Shown piece by piece: positions 56,665 to 64,000 of a DNA stretch of 64,000 nt. Source of the stretch: Candidatus Parcubacteria bacterium (GTDB lineage Bacteria; Patescibacteriota; Microgenomatia; UBA12405); the NCBI GenBank assembly GCA_023396915.1, contig JAEWUV010000002.1, positions 86,087 to 150,086 on the forward strand. Direction: 5' to 3'. Position 1 is the first letter of the stretch. Every line of letters starts with the position of its first letter. A model generated the notes under the pieces. The model was given only the letters and a program-made list of their open reading frames with translations. It was not told the origin of the DNA and did not search any database. A program made the translations under genes and the position numbers.

Positions 56665-57141
56665 TTAAAGAATTCCTAACATCCAATTGGTTAACAATCT
56701 GATAAGTCCGGGCCCGAAAGTAACTAATATTATTATTCCAATTGAATATAAAAATTTTTTCCAACCTTTGAAATTAATATTTATTTCGTATAACCAAGAT
56801 ATAGAACAAAAACAAATATAAATTGGTAAAAATAAAAGACTAAGAAAAAATGATCCTAGAAGAAGTATAAAAAAGATTGAAGCCCAAGTGATGGGAGTAG
56901 TATTAAAAAAGAAAATTACATCAGAAATTTCAGCCCAAATAAACCAAAAACCCTGATATACAAATATTAGGAAAATTGGGACGGTTAAAAAAATTCTCGG
57001 ATGCCAACTAAAATACCATTTCCACATGGTTGGTGGTTTTTTAATTTCTACTAAATCAATCGCATTATCTATTTTAATGCCACAAAATGGACAAAATTTA
57101 CTTTCTTCTTTTATTTCTTTACCGCAGTCATTACAAAACAT
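56665..57141 (-). CDS. Zinc-ribbon (CxxC...CxxC) N-terminal domain membrane protein
   Basis: [21 protein letters not shown] followed by 4 TM helices. Confidence 0.4.
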   Translation of the reverse strand: MFCNDCGKEIKEESKFCPFCGIKIDNAIDLVEIKKPPTMWKWYFSWHPRIFLTVPIFLIFVYQGFWFIWAEISDVIFFFNTTPITWASIFFILLLGSFFLSLLFLPIYICFCSISWLYEININFKGWKKFLYSIGIIILVTFGPGLIRLLTNWMLGIL

Positions 57142-57159
57142 AGTTTTTATAAATCACAA

Positions 57160-57645
57160 CTAAATCAATTGATAAATTTGTTTTAGGGCTGATTTTGCTC
57201 TAATTAAATAGATTAATTCAAGAATAAAAAGAAGACCAATTATCTTGACATCTCCTTCGGAATAAATCATGTTTATCAAATTTATAAAAATAATAAAAAT
57301 AATTGTGGTAAGTAAAATATTTAAATCTTTCATCTTTAGCCCAGTAACCTTTTTGGCTTTCTTACCGAATTTAATTAAAATAAGACTGATTGTTATTAAG
57401 TAGATGCAATCAATAGCCATAAAACCAATACTGTTACCCTCTTCTGTACCTGAAAATACAACATATAACGTGCTAAAAAATAAGTTAAACCAACCTAGAG
57501 CTTCTGCTGTTGATCCGGCATTTTTAATTTTTTTATAGCTTGGATTATTTTCATCTAATGTTTTTTCTTTTGTAATTTTTTCACCACAAAAATTACAAAA
57601 TTTAATACCATTTTTTATTTCTTTTTTACAATTTGGACAAATCAT
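57160..57645 (-). CDS. Zinc-ribbon N-terminal domain membrane protein
   Basis: MICPNCKKEIKNGIKFCNFCG followed by TM helices. Confidence 0.4.
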   Translation of the reverse strand: MICPNCKKEIKNGIKFCNFCGEKITKEKTLDENNPSYKKIKNAGSTAEALGWFNLFFSTLYVVFSGTEEGNSIGFMAIDCIYLITISLILIKFGKKAKKVTGLKMKDLNILLTTIIFIIFINLINMIYSEGDVKIIGLLFILELIYLIRAKSALKQIYQLI

Positions 57646-57658
57646 TTTTTTATTTTAA

Positions 57659-58321
57659 TTAATATTTTTCGGCGCTATAAATTTCAGATTTCCAATAAAA
57701 ATCTCCTGAGGTGTTATAGGGAGTTTCAATATAAAAATTGATGAAGGTTGAGTCTCCTGGTCCTAAATAATCACTTAAAACCACATATCTAGTATCTTGG
57801 GCTACTGTGTCTTCTTTGTTTTTATAAAAATTGACCCTGCCAATTATATTGCTGGCAACAATTGATCCATAATTATGTAAGGTCGCCTCGTACCTAGGAT
57901 TAATGGAATAACCATCGTTACCATACATACTTTCATCGCTAAGGCGTAAAAAACTTAATTCCGAGTTAGAAAAATATTGGTCAGAATTAGTCTGGTCTGT
58001 GGCAGAAGAGTTTGGTGAACTATTATCAGAATTGGAAGAGTCGAGGGCAATTAATATAAAAATTAGAAGAAAAAATATACAAATAATGATTACAATATTT
58101 CTAAAAGTATGGCTTCTTTCTTTTTTGGATTTAAAAATAACATCGTCTAAATCAGTGTCTTTTAATTTTTGGTAAATACTAGTAGAAATAGATTTATTGT
58201 CTTGTTTCGATTCGGCATGATGTTCTACTGTTTTGTGTTTTTCGGGTAATTTATATCCACATTCCTGACAATAGAGACTGTCCGGGGTATTTTTTGATGA
58301 ACAGTTGGGACAAGTTTTCAT
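57659..58321 (-). CDS. Zinc-ribbon N-terminal domain bitopic membrane protein with an extracytoplasmic domain
   Basis: MKTCPNCSSKNTPDSLYCQECG, one TM helix, and a 120-aa C-terminal domain. Confidence 0.4.
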   Translation of the reverse strand: MKTCPNCSSKNTPDSLYCQECGYKLPEKHKTVEHHAESKQDNKSISTSIYQKLKDTDLDDVIFKSKKERSHTFRNIVIIICIFFLLIFILIALDSSNSDNSSPNSSATDQTNSDQYFSNSELSFLRLSDESMYGNDGYSINPRYEATLHNYGSIVASNIIGRVNFYKNKEDTVAQDTRYVVLSDYLGPGDSTFINFYIETPYNTSGDFYWKSEIYSAEKY

Positions 58322-58326
58322 TTTTT

Positions 58327-59088
58327 TTAATTTAATTCAAAAGTTTCATTCCAGTAATTGATTATACCTCTGACTCGATTGGCACTGGTCGGATGATTAA
58401 TCAATAATTCACTGGATTTGACTAATTTAGAATCGGCTTTTTTTAGTTGTGGAAGATATCCTTCTATGTTGAAATTTTTAAATAATTTTCCCCCGAGTGA
58501 AAGTTTAATGATGGCAGAAATAGCAGAATCAATGTCTTTGTTTAAAAGTAAACCACATCGATCGCAAGTATATTCAGCTTTTCTAAGCCAAAAACCAAAT
58601 AAAAAATTACTAAACATATTATTTCGACCCAGAGGATTTATAAGGGTAGTAATTTTAGTGTGACCGGTTTTAAAATGACCTAGTTCATGACCAATTACAA
58701 AAGTTAATTCCTTAAGAGATAACTGTTCTACTAAGGCTGAAGTTAAGATTACGGTGCAAGTATTAAAACCGAGGGTATAGGCGTTTAAATAAGGATCTTG
58801 GGTAATATATAGATTAGCTCTGTTAATCCCAAGATTAGCGGCATATTTTTGAAAAATTTCAAAAATATCAGAAAATTGATTTTTATGAATTCTAATAGAA
58901 TTTCCAATTTGTTGAGCTTGGTTAAGTTTTATATAAATAAGACCAAATATAACTAGAAAAACAAAAACCCAAAGATTAAGTTCAAAAAAAATGTAACTTA
59001 ATATAAGTGTTAGAACAATTCCTACAAATAAGGCAAAGGTTTCACCTTTAGTTTTATACATCCAAACTTCTATTTCTTTATCTTCCAT
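58327..59088 (-). CDS. M48-family zinc metalloprotease (HtpX-like)
   Basis: HExxH motif in VIGHELGHFKTGH. N-terminal TM helices. Confidence 0.75.
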   Translation of the reverse strand: MEDKEIEVWMYKTKGETFALFVGIVLTLILSYIFFELNLWVFVFLVIFGLIYIKLNQAQQIGNSIRIHKNQFSDIFEIFQKYAANLGINRANLYITQDPYLNAYTLGFNTCTVILTSALVEQLSLKELTFVIGHELGHFKTGHTKITTLINPLGRNNMFSNFLFGFWLRKAEYTCDRCGLLLNKDIDSAISAIIKLSLGGKLFKNFNIEGYLPQLKKADSKLVKSSELLINHPTSANRVRGIINYWNETFELN

Positions 59089-59211
59089 AGTTTTGTTATT
59101 GACTGAATATGCTGATTATATTCTTTCTGGATTGTTTAGTTAAGAGATTAATTTATCGGGTTGAAATTAAAAAATTGTAGTGTAAGATGAGAAAGGGTAA
59201 AAAATGACCAT

Positions 59212-60276
59212 ATGAAATGTAAGCTAATTTTTAAAGATGGTACTGAATTTTTAGGTAAGAGTTTTGGGTTCAATTGTTCAACAGCAGGTGAAATTGTATT
59301 TTCTACCGGAATGATAGGTTATCCTGAAAGTTTGACTGATCCGTCGTTTAAGGGACAAATATTGGTATTAACTTATCCAATAATTGGTAATTATGGTGTG
59401 TTTGATAAAAAAGGCTGGGAGTCGAATAAAATACAAGTTTCCGGGTTAATAGTTTCTGACTACATTGATACCCCATCACATTTTGAAAGCCAAATGACTT
59501 TGGCCGAATGGTTGAAAAAAGAAAAAATTCCGGCTTTGGAAATTAAAGACACCCGAGCTTTGACCCAAAAAATCAGAGACGAGGGAAATAGTTTAGTAAA
59601 AATGGTGATTGATAAAGATGTTAATTTTTATGATCCAAACAAAGTTAATTTGGTGGAAGAAGTGGTTGGTAAAAAAGTAATTACTGAGGGTAAAGGGTCT
59701 CCTACGCTAAGGCTACGGACGACTGAAAAAAGAAAGAAAGTACTGTTGATTGATTGCGGGGTAAAAGAAAATATTAAAAGAGAATTGTTGAAAAGAAATT
59801 TAACAGTAACAAGTGTGCCATGGGATTATGATATTTTTGAAAATAATATGGAGTTTGATGGAGTAGTAGTTTCGAGTGGTCCAGGGGACCCTAAAATGGC
59901 GGATAAAACAATTGAAACAGTAAAGAAGTTAATAAACAAACAAGTGCCAATTTTTGGAATTTGTTTGGGTAACCAAATATTAGCCTTGGCAGCTGGTGGA
60001 GACACTTATAAATTAAAATTGGGACACAGAGGACAAAATCAGCCGGCGAAATTAGTTGGAACTCCGAAGTGTTTTATGACAACTCAAAATCATGGTTTTG
60101 CTATTGGTAAAATTCCCAAAGGTTTTAAGGAATGGTTTGTTAATGCTAACGACGGAACTAACGAGGGAATAATTCATGAAAAATTACCTTTTATGTCGGT
60201 GCAATTTCATCCCGAATCATCTCCGGGAACATGGGATACAGAATGGTTATTTGATTTCTTTTTGAAAAATTTATGA
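59212..60276 (+). CDS. carA: Carbamoyl-phosphate synthase small (glutaminase) subunit
   Basis: CPSase_sm N-domain. Class I glutamine amidotransferase catalytic Cys in GICLGNQ, with HGFA and HPE motifs. Confidence 0.9.
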   Translation: MKCKLIFKDGTEFLGKSFGFNCSTAGEIVFSTGMIGYPESLTDPSFKGQILVLTYPIIGNYGVFDKKGWESNKIQVSGLIVSDYIDTPSHFESQMTLAEWLKKEKIPALEIKDTRALTQKIRDEGNSLVKMVIDKDVNFYDPNKVNLVEEVVGKKVITEGKGSPTLRLRTTEKRKKVLLIDCGVKENIKRELLKRNLTVTSVPWDYDIFENNMEFDGVVVSSGPGDPKMADKTIETVKKLINKQVPIFGICLGNQILALAAGGDTYKLKLGHRGQNQPAKLVGTPKCFMTTQNHGFAIGKIPKGFKEWFVNANDGTNEGIIHEKLPFMSVQFHPESSPGTWDTEWLFDFFLKNL

Positions 60277-63200
60277 AAAAAATTAAAAAAGTAATAATTT
60301 TGGGGTCCGGAGCGCTAAAAATCGGTGAAGCAGGAGAATTCGATTATTCCGGTTCACAGGCAATAAAAGCTTTAAAAGAGGAAGGAGTTAAAACAATTTT
60401 AATAAATCCAAATATAGCCACCATTCAAACCTCTGATTTTTTGGCGGACAAAGTATATTTTTTACCAGTAAACACCCATTTTGTAGAAGAGGTAATTAAA
60501 AAAGAAAAACCTGACGGAATTTTATTGTCATTTGGAGGGCAAACGGCGCTTAACTGTGGAATTGATTTGTATAAAGAAGGAATTTTGGAAAAGTACGGAG
60601 TAGAAGTTTTGGGGACTCCAATTTCGGCAATTGTTTTGTCAGAAGATAGAAGTAAATTTGCAAAACATTTACAAAAGATTGGCGAGCCGATACCAGCAAG
60701 TATGACGGTAAAATCGGTACATCAAATAAAGGATGTCGAAAAAAATATTGGTTTCCCGGTGATGGTAAGAGCGGCTTATACTTTGGGGGGTCAAAAATCA
60801 GGAGTGGCTCACAATCAAAAAGAATTGGAAACAATAGTAACAGAGGCTTTGGTATTTGCACCACAAGTATTGATCGAAAAATATCTGTATCACTTTAAAG
60901 AATTGGAGTATGAAATAGTCAGAGATAAAAATGATAATTGTGTGGCAGTGTGTAATATGGAAAATTTTGATCCGATGGGAGTACATACGGGAGAATCGAT
61001 AGTAACTGCACCAAGTCAGACTTTGACTAACGCTGAACATCAGATGCTAAGACAGTCGGCCATTAATATCGTCAGAAGTTTGGGTGTTGTAGGTGAATGT
61101 AATGTCCAATTTGCCCTAAATCCGGATAAAAGAGAATTTTATGTAATTGAATTAAATGCCAGATTATCACGATCATCGGCACTAGCTTCGAAAGCAACCG
61201 GATATCCCCTAGCCTATGTGGCAGCAAAATTAATTTTGGGAAAAAATATTACTGAAATTCAAAATCAGGTAACCAAAATTACTCAATCATGCTTCGAACC
61301 GGCTTTGGATTATATTGTGGTTAAAATTCCCAGATGGGATTTGAATAAATTTAAGGGGGCAATAGACAAAATTGATTCGAGTATGAAGTCGGTTGGCGAA
61401 GTTATGGCGATTGGTAGAAGTTTTGAAGAAGCGATTCAAAAAGCGGTGAGAATGTTGGAGTTGGGAGCGAGTGGAGTAACCAGTGATAAATTTAAAAATT
61501 TGGACAAAAAAGAACTTTTGGAAAGAATTACTAATGCCAATACCACCCGTTTGTTTGCCATCACAGAAGCGTTGAGTCGGGGAATTTCAGTTGATTTAAT
61601 TTATAAATTGAGCGGGGTGGATGAATGGTTTTTGAATGGATTAAAAAGAATTGTTGAGATAGAAAAAGAGTTGAATAAAACTAAAAAATTAGATAAAGAA
61701 TCTTTGACTAGATATAAACAAAACGGATTGTCTGACAAAAGAATTGGCCAATTAATTGGTAAAACAGAATTAGAGGTAAGAAAAATTAGAAAAGAATTGG
61801 GAGTAGTACCAAGTGTACTACAAATTGATACTTTGGCGGGAGAATTTCCGGCTCAGACTAATTATTTGTATATTACTTACAATGCCAGTCATCACGATGT
61901 AAAACCTTTGGGAAAAACTGGGGTGATGGTATTAGGGTCAGGACCATACAGAATCGGGTCATCGGTAGAGTTTGATTGGAGCTGTGTCAATACGGCATTG
62001 TCACTAAAAGATCATAAGAAAAAATCAATTATTGTTAACTGCAATCCAGAGACAGTATCAACTGATTATGATATTTCCGAAAGACTTTATTTTGAAGAAT
62101 TAACATTTGAAAGAATTGCCGACATTTATGATTTTGAGACTTCCTTTGGGGTAGTAATTTCAGTCGGAGGACAAACTCCAAATAATCTGGCAGAAGGATT
62201 AGATAATTATGGAGCACCAATTTTGGGAACTAAAGCCAAAGATATTGACGGAGCTGAAGACAGAAATAAATTTTCGGCATTGTTGGATAAATTGGAAATT
62301 GAACAGCCGGAATGGGACAGTTTTTCTGATTTGAAATCAGCTTTGAAATTTGCCAATAAAGTCGGTTATCCGGTGTTGGTCAGACCTTCTTATGTGCTTT
62401 CGGGAAGTGCCATGAGTGTCAGTTACAACGACGATGATTTAAAAGATTTATTGAACAAAACAGCTGAAGTAAATAAGGAACATCAGGTAACTATTTCTAA
62501 ATTTATTTCTGAGGCAAAGGAAATTGAATTTGACGGAGTGGCCCAAAAAGGAGAGATTCAAGTGTTTGCTATATCTGAACATATTGAAAATGCCGGCGTT
62601 CATTCAGGAGATGCATCAATTATTTACCCAGCGGTAACTATGTATCTGCATACTGAAAAACAAATAATCGAGGCAGCAAAACGAATGGTAAAAGCATTGA
62701 ATATTACCGGACCGTTTAATATCCAATTCATGGCCAAAGAAAATAATATTTTTGTAATTGAATTAAATATCAGAGCCTCAAGAACTTTCCCGTTTATTTC
62801 AAAAGCGACCGGAATTAATTTTATAAAAGTAGCAGTTGATAGTTTTTTTGGGGTGAGTAAAAAACATGAAGTAGAATATCCGAATCAAGTGTTGGTGAAA
62901 GTTCCACAATTTTCTTTTTCCAGACTTAAAGGAGCCGATCCGGTATTAAGAGTAGAAATGGCATCAACCGGAGAGGTAGCTTGTTTTGGAGAAGATGCAG
63001 AAGATGCCTATTTAAAGGCAATTTATTCGACAGGAATGAAAATGGACAAAAAGGCGGTTTTGTTGAGTTTGGGGGGTGATATTAATAAAGAAAGATTTTT
63101 GGAGTCAGTGTGGAGATTAAAAAAATTGGGATTTGCCATATATGCCACTGACGGGACTTGCCAATATTTAAAGAAAAACGGATTTAAAACAAAGTTAGTT

Positions 63201-63479
63201 TACAAAGTCCATGACGGTAAAAGCCCAAATGTAGTTGATGTGATTGAATCGAAAAAAATTTCTTTGGTAATTAATTTGAGTAAAAAAAGAATTGACAGTG
63301 TTAAAAATTACAAAGACTATATAACTGATGGTTATTTAATCCGTCGAGCGACAGTGGATAATAATATTCCATTGTTTACCGACTTGGGGTCAGCCAGATT
63401 TTTCGTCAGAGCATTGGAGAAATATAAAATCGATCAGGTAAGCACTAAATCTTGGGACGAGTATGTGAAGATGAAATAA
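60273..63479 (+). CDS. carB: Carbamoyl-phosphate synthase large subunit
   Basis: 1068 aa. Duplicated ATP-grasp halves, an oligomerisation domain and a C-terminal MGS-like domain. Confidence 0.9.
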   Translation: MKKIKKVIILGSGALKIGEAGEFDYSGSQAIKALKEEGVKTILINPNIATIQTSDFLADKVYFLPVNTHFVEEVIKKEKPDGILLSFGGQTALNCGIDLYKEGILEKYGVEVLGTPISAIVLSEDRSKFAKHLQKIGEPIPASMTVKSVHQIKDVEKNIGFPVMVRAAYTLGGQKSGVAHNQKELETIVTEALVFAPQVLIEKYLYHFKELEYEIVRDKNDNCVAVCNMENFDPMGVHTGESIVTAPSQTLTNAEHQMLRQSAINIVRSLGVVGECNVQFALNPDKREFYVIELNARLSRSSALASKATGYPLAYVAAKLILGKNITEIQNQVTKITQSCFEPALDYIVVKIPRWDLNKFKGAIDKIDSSMKSVGEVMAIGRSFEEAIQKAVRMLELGASGVTSDKFKNLDKKELLERITNANTTRLFAITEALSRGISVDLIYKLSGVDEWFLNGLKRIVEIEKELNKTKKLDKESLTRYKQNGLSDKRIGQLIGKTELEVRKIRKELGVVPSVLQIDTLAGEFPAQTNYLYITYNASHHDVKPLGKTGVMVLGSGPYRIGSSVEFDWSCVNTALSLKDHKKKSIIVNCNPETVSTDYDISERLYFEELTFERIADIYDFETSFGVVISVGGQTPNNLAEGLDNYGAPILGTKAKDIDGAEDRNKFSALLDKLEIEQPEWDSFSDLKSALKFANKVGYPVLVRPSYVLSGSAMSVSYNDDDLKDLLNKTAEVNKEHQVTISKFISEAKEIEFDGVAQKGEIQVFAISEHIENAGVHSGDASIIYPAVTMYLHTEKQIIEAAKRMVKALNITGPFNIQFMAKENNIFVIELNIRASRTFPFISKATGINFIKVAVDSFFGVSKKHEVEYPNQVLVKVPQFSFSRLKGADPVLRVEMASTGEVACFGEDAEDAYLKAIYSTGMKMDKKAVLLSLGGDINKERFLESVWRLKKLGFAIYATDGTCQYLKKNGFKTKLVYKVHDGKSPNVVDVIESKKISLVINLSKKRIDSVKNYKDYITDGYLIRRATVDNNIPLFTDLGSARFFVRALEKYKIDQVSTKSWDEYVKMK

Positions 63480-63481
63480 AA

Positions 63482-63523
63482 ACCCTAACCCTCCCCTTTC
63501 CCTTGACAGGGCAAGGGTAAAAC
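63482..63523 (+). repeat. REP-like hairpin element, copy B
   Basis: accctaaccctcccctttcccttgacagggcaagggtaaaac is near-identical to copy A. It lies between the convergent carB (+) and SufB/D (-) genes. Confidence 0.5.
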
Positions 63524-63592
63524 AAAACTTCAAAAAGATATGTCATACTGTGAAGGGTGTAACTTTTGATAAATTTTTGTTAGAATTTTGAC

Positions 63593-64000
63593 TTATTTAG
63601 ACAGCATTCCCTGGAGTAAAATTTCTTCGGCTTCTTTTGGTGATTTGGCTTTGGCCATTAAGGTTTCCAGTTTTTTATTGTCTAGACCACCAAGACTGGC
63701 TTCGTGAGTAAGACGGGCAGTTGGATTTAAAACTTCAGCATTTGGATAAGCTTTGACACGACCATTACCTAAGAGAATTTCTTGGCAATCGATGTGTCCC
63801 CGAGTGTCAGCGGCCCGGGCAGAAATAGTGTTAAAAATTTCAATTTGAGAATTGTCTAAGGCGGCAACTCTGGATTTGAGTAAGGCTTTGGAAGCTTTGC
63901 CGGCTAAAATAACACTTTCTTTTATAATAACTTTGTCGTTTGAAAAAGCTTTGAGACGACTTTCTATTTCAACGGTAGCATTTTCATCAGCCAAAATATC
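63593..64000 (-). CDS. Fe-S cluster assembly protein SufB/SufD family, C-terminal part (gene continues beyond the window end)
   Basis: C-terminal THEASLGGLDNKKLETLMAKAKSPKEAEEILLQGML matches the SufB/D C-terminus (HEASVGKIDEEQLFYLMSRGI..EEA..MIV.GF). Confidence 0.65.
   Translation of the reverse strand, partial: DILADENATVEIESRLKAFSNDKVIIKESVILAGKASKALLKSRVAALDNSQIEIFNTISARAADTRGHIDCQEILLGNGRVKAYPNAEVLNPTARLTHEASLGGLDNKKLETLMAKAKSPKEAEEILLQGMLSK

Noticed and set aside
1-64000. CRISPR arrays, rRNA, IS elements with terminal inverted repeats, prophage blocks
   Set aside because: There are no regularly spaced direct repeats, no rRNA-like conserved stretches, and no integrase or phage structural genes. 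The only mobile-element-related gene is the single-domain HUH transposase-family protein.

Overview
This 64-kb window is AT-rich, densely packed and largely collinear, and reads under the standard genetic code. Most genes lack Shine-Dalgarno sequences, many starts and stops overlap, and several likely use GTG starts. This fits a small-genome, probably anaerobic bacterium, possibly a Candidate Phyla Radiation (CPR)/Patescibacteria-like lineage; that lineage call is inference. Housekeeping genes recognised directly from the translations include metG, rpsT, tatD, folD, map, pyrG, mscL, queA, greA, glmS, carA/carB, pyrF/pyrE-like, rarA, MurJ, a two-subunit 2-oxoacid:ferredoxin oxidoreductase, desulfoferrodoxin, an ABC-F ATPase and a partial SufB/D. 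Accessory content stands out in five places. (1) A 12.5-kb minus-strand envelope operon runs from MurJ to a DUF2298-LysM protein. It contains a UbiA prenyltransferase, a PAP2 phosphatase, an extended-SDR epimerase and several GT-C glycosyltransferases, together resembling a decaprenyl-phospho-pentose lipid-linked sugar donor pathway. (2) A RAYT (REP-associated tyrosine transposase)/IS200-like HUH transposase gene carries a perfect 26-bp in-frame palindrome, and a roughly 40-bp REP-like hairpin element is present in three copies, one of them in-frame inside a coding sequence. (3) An alkyltransferase-like (ATL) protein with a Cys-to-Phe active-site change sits near an AlkD-like glycosylase. (4) An HD-hydrolase gene is bracketed by two paralogous genes of unknown function. 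(5) Three zinc-ribbon membrane proteins lie in tandem beside an M48 protease. No rRNA, convincing tRNA or CRISPR array was found.
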